A stretch of 64,000 nucleotides of DNA from an uncultured delta proteobacterium (GTDB lineage: Bacteria; Desulfobacterota; Desulfobacteria; Desulfobacterales; Desulfosalsimonadaceae). The position numbers and the translations under genes were made by a program. Below the pieces are notes generated by a model. That model saw nothing but the letters and a program-made list of their open reading frames with translations, ran no database searches and had not been told where the DNA came from. Every line of letters starts with the position of its first letter. Position 1 is the stretch's first letter. This document shows positions 49,076-59,274 of this stretch, in pieces. The DNA lies in NCBI GenBank assembly GCA_963826785.1, contig CAWGYD010000001.1, forward strand, positions 224,001 through 288,000, read 5' to 3'.

Positions 49076-51593
49076 TTATGCAAATACGCTTTTTCTGTCA
49101 TCGGCTGCGTTGGTCGTCGGCTTGTGAAAATATTTGAATTTATACAGCGCCTCGACCCCGTGGCAATCCTTGCACACCCGGTCGGCCAGGTGGGGCCTCA
49201 GGAAACTGTTGACGGCATCGCCTTCTGCGGGAAGGGCTTGCGCCGGCCCTCCCGTGGAATTTGCGGTCCAGCGATGCGCATCGTGGCACGTCGGGCACGA
49301 AATATTGCCCGCCTTTACGTGTTTAGCCGTGTTCTTGTCAAATAAGGGGAACACGGGCGGCATCCGTTTGACCCGATGTCCACGGGTTGACCACGATGGT
49401 GTCGGGATGGGGGATACCTGGGGGACTTTTCTGGCTGCCGCACCCGTTTTGGAATGGCAGGAATTGCACATCCGGTCCATCATATTTTCCCCTTCCCCCA
49501 GGTCCCGGGCCCACAGCTTGATCCCCACCGTGCCGTTATGGACGAGGTGGCACGCACCGCATACCCCGGATTCAAATGGGGTTCTGCCGGCGGCATTCCT
49601 GGCCTCGGGCGCGGTTTCGATCAGGTTGTGATCCGTCTTCTGGACTTCGGCCTGATCCTTGTGGCAGCCGATGCACAAATCAGGCGGATGGGCTGATCCG
49701 GCGGCGCAGAAACCGGGTCACCGGCCGTCCGTCAACAGATACTAAATCGCCGTCTTTTCGGGTGACGGGAGACCCGCGATGGGGATCATGGCAGGTGTGG
49801 CAGGTCATGATCCCGTTTTCCAGCAGGCGGCCGTCTTCATCAAAGAGCGGCAGTCCCGTTTGGGCCATGCCTTCCGGAAGGCGGACATTGACCGGGTGCG
49901 AGTTTTTCTCAATGGCCATCTTGGGCGCAAGCCCGTCCTTTTCATGGCAGCCGGTACATCCGTCGTTTACGAGTTCGCCCGATGCCGTGGCCGTTTTTCG
50001 GCGCCAGATAAATCCGTCCGGCCCGGCGGCATGGATGCGGTGGCAATTCCGGCACAGGTCCGATTCGGAAACGTTTTGCCGCAAAATCGGGCTGCCCTCC
50101 GGAAAAACGCGGCCAAGGTCATGCCGGGTATTTTCGATAGCAAATTTTTCCGCATGGCACGTTTGGCAGATCTCCGGCGACGGCTTTCGCAGCAAAGGAT
50201 TTTTGGGGGCAGATTCCCCGTTTGCCGTCGCCGGGGGTGCCTGCTGGATTCCGGTGCCGCCGCCATGGGCGTCATGGCAGGTGGCGCAGGTCATTTTGCC
50301 CTGGGGGTCGACCACCCCGAGCGCATTGAACAGGGGCAGATCGATTACCTTTTTTTCCATGGCCACCGGGGGTTGCAGCCCGCCTCCGGTGCTGTCCGCC
50401 GGTTCAGGAAGGCCCATGCCCACCGGATGGGTGTAGCCGGCAAGATTTTTGTTTTCGGCAAACTTTCCCCTGGCGTGGCAGCTCAGGCACATGGCCGTGG
50501 TCCGATCGGCTCCGTCCGGGTTTTCATAGGGCGTTCGGGCCGCCTTGTGCGGCAGGTGGCAGGCGGAGCATGCGCCGGATTCTGCAACGGTTTTTCCTTC
50601 CAGGTTCTTTTGCGTCCTGGCCGAGAGCGCCAGGTTGTGGCGGGTCTTTTCCAGGCGCTGTTTGTCCGGATGGCAGGTCAGGCACAGACTTGATTTGAAA
50701 TTTTCTTCAATCAGCAGCGCCGCTTGTTTTTTAATCGGGTTGTTATGGATCTTATGGCAGGTCTGACAGGTCAGCATGCCTTCATATCCCAGTTTTGCCC
50801 CTTTTTTTTGCAGCGCATCCGGTATGACCGCTTTTCCGGGTTTGACGTTGATGACGTGGCCGGCGTTTCGCTTGCCTGAATCGGTGAACATGTTCTTGTC
50901 CGTGTGACACTCCAGGCAAAGGCCGCTGTCGCCGGCCCCCTTCACCAGGTACCCCTCGCTTTTCGCGCCATGGGCGGTATGGCAGGTTTCACAGATGACC
51001 TGATTTTTTTGACTCCCCTCGTGGGCGCCGCGCATCTTCAGGTTCTGCGGAATCTTTTTTTCGCTTTTGGAAAGGGAGTGATTGCCCGCATCCGTGCCGC
51101 CGTCTTTATCGGGGTGGCACTTTTTGCACATGGCCGAATCAATGTTCGACATGCGCAGAAAAATGGTTTCCTTCACCCCGGGCCCGCTCTCCACACCATG
51201 GGCGGTGTGGCAGGTGGCGCACTGAATTTTTCCGTTTTCATCCAGGGGAAAACCCTCCGGTATGATCATGCCCGCCGGCGGTTTCACCCCGGTTTTGTGC
51301 GCCTTGCCGTACATCACCCGGTCCCGGGAATCCACCACGCTGCCGTCATGGCAGGACATGCACATTTCCGGGTCCGCGGCCACCTTTTCCGACTGATATG
51401 GGACCAGGTCGGTTCCTCTTCCTTCCACAAAGAAGGTATCGATCCACCGGTAGTGGCATATGGCGCATCCTTTTGCCGAATTCGGGTTCTTGGGCGGCTC
51501 CACGGTGGCCGCAAACAGGCTGCCGGCCAGTATCTGAAACATGAATAGAAAATGGATATACAAGATGCGTCGGCGACGCCGGTTTCGTATCAT
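49076..51593 (-). CDS. Large multiheme cytochrome c (20 CxxCH), frameshifted at about 49688
   Basis: Signal peptide. 15 CxxCH in 49680-51593 and 5 in 49076-49678. The junction reads SPS/PDLCIGCH, matching internal repeats. Confidence 0.88.
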
Positions 51594-52591
51594 TTGCCTG
51601 CTTCAATCCGGTAGACGCTGACTTTCTGCGCTGCCATTTCGACCACGTACAAGCGATTGTGATCGTCAATGTATATGCCCGTCGGCGTCTTGAATCGTTG
51701 AATCGCCTCACCGGCGCCATCTCCGAGAACACCCCGGAATTCCCCCCAGGTGTCGAATACCTGGATCACGCCCATGTAGCTGTCGCTCACGTAAATCCGG
51801 TTGGCCGTATCCACGGCAACACCCTTGGGCCGGAAGAATTGGCCTTTTTCAACGCCCCAGCCGCCGATGGCGGTGACAAACAGGCCGTCGGGATTGATCA
51901 CCTGCACGCGCGTGTTGATGACGTCGACGATGTAGACGTATTGTTCCTGGTTGAGGGCGATGAAAAAAGGATACCTGAACATCAGGTCCTGTTCTCCAGG
52001 CTCTCCCACGGTGTTGGTGAGTTTCAGGGTGGAAAGGTCGTAGACCAGAAAATGGTGGTGATCGTTGTCCACCACGTACAGCCGGTTTCGGGACTCATCG
52101 ACTGCGACATCGGTGGGGTCCGCCGGCCTGCCGTTTTTGGGGGAAAGCGTGATCATGGCGGTAAAAACATGATTCTTGTCAAAAATCTGCACCCGGTGGT
52201 TGCCCGAGTCGGCAATGTAGATGTTTCCGGCATTGTCCACGTCGATGCCGAGCGGATAGCGAAACTGCCCCTTGCCGTCTCCGGGTTCCCCAAAGGCGGT
52301 GAGCGCCTTTCCGTCAGGTTTGAATACCTTGATTTTGCTGTTTACGCCGTCGACGACATAGATTTTACCGTCCTTTGACACCGCCACATCGCTGGGTTCT
52401 TTAAAATCGCAGGTGATGGCAAACTCAAAATCGATATTGACGATCTCCACGGCCAATGCGGGTCGTGCCGGCACAGCAGCGAAAAACAGCAGTTGCAAAA
52501 CGACTGAAATGCCGAAGGTTAAAAAGCTCCGACCTTTTTTGATCCATGTCACCAGGTCGAATTGAAGGTGATGCGTATCGGTTTTCTGCAT
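51590..52591 (-). CDS. NHL-repeat beta-propeller, secreted
   Basis: Motifs PSDVAV, FRYPLGIDVD, NHRVQIFD and FFRPKGVAVD. ATGA overlap with the 20-heme gene. Confidence 0.9.
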   Translation of the reverse strand: MQKTDTHHLQFDLVTWIKKGRSFLTFGISVVLQLLFFAAVPARPALAVEIVNIDFEFAITCDFKEPSDVAVSKDGKIYVVDGVNSKIKVFKPDGKALTAFGEPGDGKGQFRYPLGIDVDNAGNIYIADSGNHRVQIFDKNHVFTAMITLSPKNGRPADPTDVAVDESRNRLYVVDNDHHHFLVYDLSTLKLTNTVGEPGEQDLMFRYPFFIALNQEQYVYIVDVINTRVQVINPDGLFVTAIGGWGVEKGQFFRPKGVAVDTANRIYVSDSYMGVIQVFDTWGEFRGVLGDGAGEAIQRFKTPTGIYIDDHNRLYVVEMAAQKVSVYRIEAGK

Positions 52592-52615
52592 GTTGATCCG
52601 GGGTGTAATTCTGAT

Positions 52616-53557
52616 TTAATCCACTGGTGAAAGCAGGTGCGGCAAGTAAAAGACCTTGTATTTGGTCACGAGCCCCTTGATGTTCAATGATTTGAGATCA
52701 TGGGCCCTTTTTTCTGAAAAGCCGAGCTGATGAAAATCGAGGATGCTGTCTTTTGAATGGCACTCCCCGCAGGTAACGCTGATTTCACTCTTGTGGATAT
52801 CCTGATGGAAGCCGCTCAATCGCTTTTTCTTTTCATCGGCGCTCAGCGTCTTTTCTTCTGCCGTGTATGCCTTTGCCTTATCGGTATCCCAGGTGTTTAC
52901 CAGTGATTTTCGCCTGCCGTTCTCATTTGAAAAAACACAGATGCGCGAAATGAAATGAGAAGATTTGGCGTCATTTCCGATTTTCGGGTTAAACCGCGCT
53001 CCAAAAGGCTCTCCCGCAAATTCGGCGGTTTCCGAGCTGGTCCAGTCATACTGAAGCGATTGAAATTTTTCCCTGTTGATGTGGCAGGTTTCACAGGTCA
53101 TAAACCCAATGTGCATGTTGATGAATGCCCTTGCCAGCTCATTGCTCTGGTGCGGGTACAGGCGGTGGCATTCCCGGCAGGAAGAGCCGTCCGCCAGTTG
53201 GGTGATATATGATTTTTCTTTATCATGGATCGTCTTTAAATCAAAATCGGCGATGCGCTTTTTGTCTTTTTCCGCCAGGTGGCACCCATTGGTGCAGTTG
53301 ACCGCTGTCTGCCCGGCATGGGGAACCTTTGTCACCGTCGTGTGGCATTTTACGCAGTCTGTCTTGCCGTGGGGCGACTGACGGTATCGGTTTTCATCAA
53401 TGTGGAACACCTTGAATCCCGCCGGATCCTCCGGCCGGACCAGCCCGGGGTACTGGTGGCAGGTGAGACATCCGCTTTCATCCATGGCAAAGCTGTTTTT
53501 GACACCGGGCATCAGCATCAGCATCGATATCAACGCAGTGAAAAGATATTTGGTCAT
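52616..53557 (-). CDS. Periplasmic multiheme cytochrome c (5 CxxCH + 1 CxxxCH)
   Basis: Signal peptide. Motifs CLTCH, CVKCH, CTNGCH, CRECH, CETCH and CGECH. Confidence 0.88.
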   Translation of the reverse strand: MTKYLFTALISMLMLMPGVKNSFAMDESGCLTCHQYPGLVRPEDPAGFKVFHIDENRYRQSPHGKTDCVKCHTTVTKVPHAGQTAVNCTNGCHLAEKDKKRIADFDLKTIHDKEKSYITQLADGSSCRECHRLYPHQSNELARAFINMHIGFMTCETCHINREKFQSLQYDWTSSETAEFAGEPFGARFNPKIGNDAKSSHFISRICVFSNENGRRKSLVNTWDTDKAKAYTAEEKTLSADEKKKRLSGFHQDIHKSEISVTCGECHSKDSILDFHQLGFSEKRAHDLKSLNIKGLVTKYKVFYLPHLLSPVD

Positions 53558-53580
53558 GTGAATTCCTTCATACCGGCAAA

Positions 53581-54432
53581 TCAGTCCTTGCTGAAATCGA
53601 GCACCGACGGCAGGTAGAACGTTTTGTACTTATCGATCATGCCGACAAATTCGCTCGAAACCAGGTGCTCCACCCGCCTTTCGGGGAACCCGAGCTTTTT
53701 GAAATCGAGATAACCGTTCTTCTGGTGGCAATCCGCGCAGAATACCGGTTTTTTGGAAAGCGGTCCGTGAAGCTTGGCTTTGGCTTCGGCCACCTGGTCA
53801 GATGTCAGGTCAGGCCGCATTTTCAGAAACTGCTGGGCCGCCTCCGTCTTGATCGGTGTAAATATCCGCGAAGGACCCTGTTTAGTGAACTTGATGGGAT
53901 AAATTTTGGCGGGGTATTTGCCGTATTCCCCTTTTACGGTATTTTCAATTTCTCCGGTCTTTCGGTCCACCCACAAAAAATCGATTTTCTCCTTCTGGGA
54001 TCCGTCCAACTCCGTCCCGGCGTTTTCATCCTGGCGGGCGTGGCATACGGCACAGGCGATAAAACCGGTGTGCAGGTTCAGCAGGGCGCGGACCTTTTTC
54101 TCCTTGCCGTGGGGATAAGTCCCGTGGCAAACCACGCAAATCGGCGGATTGGGCTCCTGGTGGTCCACATACTGGTCGATCATGTGGAAATGTTCCCGGG
54201 GTGTCGATTCGCTTTTATGGGTGACGAGCTTGAGCATATCCGCATCGCCATTGTATTTTGAAAGAACGACCGATGCATTCAAGCCAAAGCCGGGAAAATA
54301 GACGACACTGATCAGCCATAGCCCGAAGATAAAAAAGGGAAGGAGATAGACGACCTTCAGGAAAAACAGAAGAATGCCCCTGACCCTGTGAAAGGCGCTG
54401 CCCAAAAGAGAAGATCCTTTTTTTTCAATCAT
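53581..54432 (-). CDS. Membrane-anchored triheme cytochrome c (paralog 3)
   Basis: N-terminal TM, HFHM, then CVVCH, CAVCH and CADCH. Confidence 0.85.
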   Translation of the reverse strand: MIEKKGSSLLGSAFHRVRGILLFFLKVVYLLPFFIFGLWLISVVYFPGFGLNASVVLSKYNGDADMLKLVTHKSESTPREHFHMIDQYVDHQEPNPPICVVCHGTYPHGKEKKVRALLNLHTGFIACAVCHARQDENAGTELDGSQKEKIDFLWVDRKTGEIENTVKGEYGKYPAKIYPIKFTKQGPSRIFTPIKTEAAQQFLKMRPDLTSDQVAEAKAKLHGPLSKKPVFCADCHQKNGYLDFKKLGFPERRVEHLVSSEFVGMIDKYKTFYLPSVLDFSKD

Positions 54433-55184
54433 TTTGTTTCCGATCCCTCCCGCAGGTAAATTTTCTGGAGCTCCGGGTCGCTCATGATTTTGTCATAATG
54501 AAGGCGGTACTCTTCTTTCATTTCTTCCTCATCGATGAGTCCGGTCAGCCACATGTTGTCAATGGGAAACTTGTGCGGCCGCAGGTGAATCTCATATAAA
54601 TGCCAGACCATCACCGCCAGGCAGGCCAGTATGGCTTCCATCCCGTGCACCAGGGAAGCGATGTCGACGAAAAATTTGTCCCAGGCGGATTCAGACCATA
54701 ACATCAGGCCGGTAACAGACATCAACGTGGTGCCGACAATCAGGGCCATGTATTCCGCTTTGTGCTTGTAGGAGAACCGGTCAAATGCCGGCGGCTGATC
54801 TTTAAACCCGATCAGGTACGCCATATTGTGTAAAAATTCTTTCATATCGCGCGGCCGGGGCATCATGTCCTTGAACCAGCGCCGTCCGGCCGGCTTGAAG
54901 ATCAGATAATAGATGTGGTAGGTGCTCACGATGATCATGAGGGTGCCGAAGACGCGGTGCACCACCCCCCGGGCAATAAAAACGGGCTCCTTTGCGCTTC
55001 CGAGAAAGTGAAACGCCTGCTCGGGGAGCCAGACCATGAAACCGGTGAAGGCCAGCATGAAAAAGCAGACCACAAATATCAGGTGCTGTACTTTTTCGCT
55101 GGAATTCAGCCGGACAAAATACCGGGAAACGCCGGAAGGCTTATTCTCCCATTGGATATCGCTGTGACTAATGTTGCGGGTCAT
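54429..55184 (-). CDS. Cytochrome b subunit (FdnI/CbcB-like), paralog 3
   Basis: Four TM helices with His in QHLIF, VHRVFG, LVHGMEA and WHLYEIH. Also FDRFSYKHKAEY. Confidence 0.88.
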   Translation of the reverse strand: MTRNISHSDIQWENKPSGVSRYFVRLNSSEKVQHLIFVVCFFMLAFTGFMVWLPEQAFHFLGSAKEPVFIARGVVHRVFGTLMIIVSTYHIYYLIFKPAGRRWFKDMMPRPRDMKEFLHNMAYLIGFKDQPPAFDRFSYKHKAEYMALIVGTTLMSVTGLMLWSESAWDKFFVDIASLVHGMEAILACLAVMVWHLYEIHLRPHKFPIDNMWLTGLIDEEEMKEEYRLHYDKIMSDPELQKIYLREGSETK

Positions 55185-56370
55185 GCATCGCCTCTTTTTT
55201 CATTTTCTTGCGGGCGCGCCGGAAATCCAGCAGCTGGTGGACAAACATGAAGCCGATCACCGCCGCAATGAGTATCTGGTATACCATTTTGATCATCGAC
55301 AGGACCTTGTAATGGAATACCTCTTTTTCTGAAATTTCCTTGCGGGCCCGAACCAGGATGAGCGGTTCCTCCGCAGCTTCCTCGACCTGTATCGCCTCCT
55401 GGCTGGCCATGAGCTGGACCTTGGTCCCGTAGGCATGGACCCGGCCTTCGGCGAAGTTTGCCGTCGCACCGGGATGACAGTTCTGGATGCCCCCCTGGTT
55501 GCTGCATGTTCTGACCCGGTTTTCTTTGTGGATGGGTGAAACAGTGTCGGTTCGGGGCTGGATCTCGTGAGTGGTGTACCCCACCGGTACATGGCAGGTG
55601 ATGCAGTCGGGCGCGTTTTTGACGTCGTATTTCACCAGCGCCCAGTGAAACGTGTCCTTGAAGGTCGATACCGCCTCAAGCCCATGCCGTTTCATCTTCT
55701 GCTCATCTTCGTGGCAGCTGGTGCATAAGCGTATGATTTCGTTCTGATCTCTTCGCCGTCGCATGCGATGGGTGAAATGGGCGTAAATGGTTTGGGTCCA
55801 TTCTTTATCCGTATGGCAGCCCTGGCAGCGGGCCAGCGTTTCCATGGACAATTCCTCGCTTTTGCCCCAGAACCCGGCATAGGGGTTATACGACCGGTTG
55901 CCGTGGCAATAGGTGCATGTGGGCCGGTCCTCGGGAAACTGCTTTTCGCCGTCTGCGCCTTGTCCGTGAACGCTGTGCTGATACTTTTCCACCATGTTCT
56001 TGTGGGAAAATTCCCGGTTGGAGGAGGGGTCCTTGATATGGCACTGGGTGGAGCAATCGACTTTTTTCACCTCTTCATGCGGGATTTTATCCAGATCCGT
56101 GTGACAGCTTTTGCATTTGAGCTTTCCGTGAACGGAATGGGCAAACAGCTGGTCATTGATGTAATAGACCCTTTTCGTCCCGTTTTCGTCATAGCGCCCC
56201 AGGCCGGGGTATCGATGGCAGATCAGGCAGTTCTCCTGATCCGAGGCCGCATCGGACTGGGTAAGACCCGGTGCGGCAAAGAAGATGACGATGACAGCCG
56301 ATAGCACCGCCATTTCAAAGATCCGGCGGGTCTTGAATCCTGCCGATTTCCTTTTGCTGCCTTGCCTCAT
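55168..56370 (-). CDS. Multiheme cytochrome c with a C-terminal TM anchor (6 CxxCH + CxxxCH + CX8CH; start uncertain)
   Basis: Motifs CLICH, CKSCH, CSTQCH, CTYCH, CQGCH, CTSCH, CITCH and CSNQGGIQNCH. C-terminal hydrophobic helix followed by LDFRR. Confidence 0.88.
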   Translation of the reverse strand: MRQGSKRKSAGFKTRRIFEMAVLSAVIVIFFAAPGLTQSDAASDQENCLICHRYPGLGRYDENGTKRVYYINDQLFAHSVHGKLKCKSCHTDLDKIPHEEVKKVDCSTQCHIKDPSSNREFSHKNMVEKYQHSVHGQGADGEKQFPEDRPTCTYCHGNRSYNPYAGFWGKSEELSMETLARCQGCHTDKEWTQTIYAHFTHRMRRRRDQNEIIRLCTSCHEDEQKMKRHGLEAVSTFKDTFHWALVKYDVKNAPDCITCHVPVGYTTHEIQPRTDTVSPIHKENRVRTCSNQGGIQNCHPGATANFAEGRVHAYGTKVQLMASQEAIQVEEAAEEPLILVRARKEISEKEVFHYKVLSMIKMVYQILIAAVIGFMFVHQLLDFRRARKKMKKEAMHDPQH

Positions 56371-56428
56371 AGAACCTGACTTTCGTTTTAAACCATTTGG
56401 GGGATGCATGATGTTGATTTCGCCGAAC

Positions 56429-57313
56429 CTATTTTCCCGTAATACCGGCCGCCTCATCTTCGCTCATCCCGGGATGCAGCATCCGCGGGACGTGGAATTT
56501 GGTATAGTCCCTGATCATTCCGACAACTTCCGTGCTGACCAGCATATCGGTCCTTTTTTTGGAATAGCCCAGGGCTTCGAAGGGCAGCAGCGGGTCCTGT
56601 TTGCGGTGGCAGTCCTCACAGAGATACGGCTTTTCGTTGATGAATTTGTGAATGATCTTCTTGGCCTTGGACTTCTGGCGCTCGGACAGGGTTTTTTCCG
56701 TTTTCTGGTATTCTTTTGCAAATTCGATCCGGTCCGGGTTGTCCATCCGTTGGATTTTGCCATCGACCCGTTCAAAAGGGATGATTTTCGCGTGGTATCT
56801 TCCCGGGGCCACGCCTTCCTTGATGGGGCTTTCGATGATCTGACCGGTTTTTCGGTCGTACCATTTAAAGACGCCGGTTTTCTGGTCGCCCTCCAGCCGG
56901 ACATGGCATGTCTCGCAGGAGATGAAAGCCGAATGCATATTCCCGAAGGCCCGTATTTCCTTCTTTTCGTCATGGGGGATATCGCCGTGGCACTCCACGC
57001 AGGATGAACGGTTATCGGGGGCCATGTCATAATCGATGTGATGGAAATGACCCTTGATCTTCATCTCCTCCAGAACCCGGTACCCCAGGTAGTGCTTCAC
57101 CTTGTCATCGCTTTCCAGGATGATCTTTTTAAAGGACTGGGCCTCTTTTTTTTCTTCGAGCCGGGCCGTCAGTGAATCGGTCTGATCGAGCACTTCCCGC
57201 TCATGGTATTCTTCGAAAAGATGACCGAAAGTGATATTCCAGATCACGACCATGAAGAACACGGTCATGGCCATGAACGCCAGTATGTACACTTTGAATA
57301 AAAAATTTTTCAT
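56429..57313 (-). CDS. Membrane-anchored triheme cytochrome c (paralog 2)
   Basis: N-terminal TM, HFHH, then CVECH, CETCH and CEDCH. Confidence 0.85.
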   Translation of the reverse strand: MKNFLFKVYILAFMAMTVFFMVVIWNITFGHLFEEYHEREVLDQTDSLTARLEEKKEAQSFKKIILESDDKVKHYLGYRVLEEMKIKGHFHHIDYDMAPDNRSSCVECHGDIPHDEKKEIRAFGNMHSAFISCETCHVRLEGDQKTGVFKWYDRKTGQIIESPIKEGVAPGRYHAKIIPFERVDGKIQRMDNPDRIEFAKEYQKTEKTLSERQKSKAKKIIHKFINEKPYLCEDCHRKQDPLLPFEALGYSKKRTDMLVSTEVVGMIRDYTKFHVPRMLHPGMSEDEAAGITGK

Positions 57314-57328
57314 TAAATGCCCCTGTTT

Positions 57329-58150
57329 CTAATTTTCAAGGGGGGGTGCTGCAGGAGCCCCATGCGGAGGACGTATTTCATCTTCAAACCCCTCCCGTTT
57401 CATGACTTCGACATAGTATTCATAATGTTCTTCCACCATCAGCTCCTCGGAAAGGTACCCGGTCAGAAAGACGGTTCCCATGGGGAAGACGGACATTGAA
57501 AAATGGACGTTGTACCAGTGCCACAAAAACAGGAACAGGGCGGCCAGAAGCGCCTCGTCGCTGTGGGCGATCAGCGCAAAACTGATGACCTCGCCGGGCA
57601 GGATCTTCGTTGCCAGTTCCTGTCCCCACATGATGATGCCCGAAGACCCGATGATGACAATCCCCCAGAAGGGGGCCCAGTAATCGAATTTTTCCTTCCA
57701 GTTGAACTGGGTCCCCATGGGCCGCTGGTCGGTCAAAAACAACAGATATTTCAACAGGGCGAATATATCCCTGGCATCCTTCAGGCTGGGGATCAGCGGC
57801 TGCCGCAGAACGGCCTTGATCATCGAAACCGGACCCAGTTTCCCGCTTTTCTTCAAGGGCACAATCTCGCCGGTATAGAACACGTACGCCAGGTACCCGA
57901 TGTGATAGGTGAACAGAAGCAGCAGGGTGACCCCGGCAAACCGATGAATGATCGGCGCCAGGTGGATCCCGCCGAACAGGCTGTAGAGATGCGGCGCCCA
58001 GAAGGTATCATGAAACTTGAGCGGCATGCCGGTCAAAACGAGCGTGATCACACAAGAGGCCAGAATGATATGCTGCAGCCGTTGATTGACGGTAAACCGG
58101 AAAAAGTATTTCCTGCCGTCCTTGATTTTGATGACGTATTTCTTCTCCAC
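57329..58150 (-). CDS. Cytochrome b subunit (FdnI/CbcB-like), paralog 2
   Basis: GTG start. Motifs RLQHII, IHRFAG, KEKFDYWA, IAHSDEA and WHWYNVH. Confidence 0.88.
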   Translation of the reverse strand: MEKKYVIKIKDGRKYFFRFTVNQRLQHIILASCVITLVLTGMPLKFHDTFWAPHLYSLFGGIHLAPIIHRFAGVTLLLLFTYHIGYLAYVFYTGEIVPLKKSGKLGPVSMIKAVLRQPLIPSLKDARDIFALLKYLLFLTDQRPMGTQFNWKEKFDYWAPFWGIVIIGSSGIIMWGQELATKILPGEVISFALIAHSDEALLAALFLFLWHWYNVHFSMSVFPMGTVFLTGYLSEELMVEEHYEYYVEVMKREGFEDEIRPPHGAPAAPPLEN

Positions 58151-58153
58151 GGC

Positions 58154-59206
58154 CTATTCCTCCGATTTCTTTTTCCGGGAAAACAGTCTTCTGGCCAGGT
58201 CCAGAAACATGATTCCGGTCAGGGGCAGCAGGGTTCCGCCGGTCAGCATGAGAAAAAAAGCGGAAAAGTAGAATTCCGACGGACTCTTTTCTTTGTCCAG
58301 TTCCGGATGGACATCATACTCGGCCAGTTTCGGAGAGGCATTGGGATGGCAGTCCACCATCCTGCAGCTCTTGATCTTGTTTTGTTCATTGGTGATGGAG
58401 GCCGGGTTTTTATAGCTGAGCATCTGGTGGACCGATTCCCCGGTGTTGACGTGGCAGTTGAGGCAGTCCGGGATTCTTTCATCCAGGTAATTTGCGGCCT
58501 TGCCGTGAAAGGTCTTCTCATAGGAAGCCACCGCCTTGTTGGACAATTCATGCCGCGCGATGAGCTGGTCATCATCGTGGCACCGGGCGCAGACTTCGGC
58601 GATATTCTTGGGGCTTCGGATGGCGTGCAGCCGGGTCGTGATGTGGTTGTAGAACCGGAAAATGAATTCATCCTTTTTGTGGCATACCCGGCATCTTCCC
58701 AGGGCGATTTCTGAAATGCCCGGGCGCACCTTCTTGAAAAAGGAGAGCGGCCGGTACAGGGGATTGTCATGGCAATCCTTGCAGACCGGATAGTCCTCGG
58801 CATATTTTTTGGGCTTTCCATCCGCATCCACCTTGCTGTGAACACTTCTGGACAAAAATTTCGCCGCGTCCTCATGGGAAAATTTCTTTTCGCTGGTGGG
58901 TTCAATGATGTGGCACTGGGCCAGGCAGTCCACCTTTTTGACATCCTCATGGGGGATTTTCTTGATGTCCGCATGGCAGCCTTCACACTTGACGTTGGCA
59001 TGAACGCTGTTGTTGAAAACCTCTTCGTTGACAAAGAGCAGTTTCATGTCTCCATTTTCATCGATCCGGCTCAATCCCGGATACTTATGGCATAACAGAC
59101 AGTTGCCGACATCCGCCGCCTGCACGGGGCCGGACAGGAGCAAAACGGCCAGCAAAACGGCGGCCGCCATGCCGGCGGCATATTCAAGACGGTATTTTTC
59201 TATCAT
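58154..59206 (-). CDS. Multiheme cytochrome c with a C-terminal TM anchor (6 CxxCH + CxxxCH + CX4CH)
   Basis: Signal peptide ending VQA. Motifs CLLCH, CEGCH, CLAQCH, CKDCH, CRVCH, CARCH, CLNCH and CRMVDCH. C-terminal helix followed by LDLARR. Confidence 0.88.
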   Translation of the reverse strand: MIEKYRLEYAAGMAAAVLLAVLLLSGPVQAADVGNCLLCHKYPGLSRIDENGDMKLLFVNEEVFNNSVHANVKCEGCHADIKKIPHEDVKKVDCLAQCHIIEPTSEKKFSHEDAAKFLSRSVHSKVDADGKPKKYAEDYPVCKDCHDNPLYRPLSFFKKVRPGISEIALGRCRVCHKKDEFIFRFYNHITTRLHAIRSPKNIAEVCARCHDDDQLIARHELSNKAVASYEKTFHGKAANYLDERIPDCLNCHVNTGESVHQMLSYKNPASITNEQNKIKSCRMVDCHPNASPKLAEYDVHPELDKEKSPSEFYFSAFFLMLTGGTLLPLTGIMFLDLARRLFSRKKKSEE

Positions 59207-59274
59207 TTTGAGAATCTGCTTGCCCTCCTCGTTTAGATGATCCGACCCATCGCGCCATGCGCTCCAAAAGCCTT

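Noticed and set aside
49676..49690. Selenocysteine or stop read-through at the TGA ending the 637-aa ORF
   Set aside because: The continuation is in a different frame, so a frameshift explains it rather than read-through.
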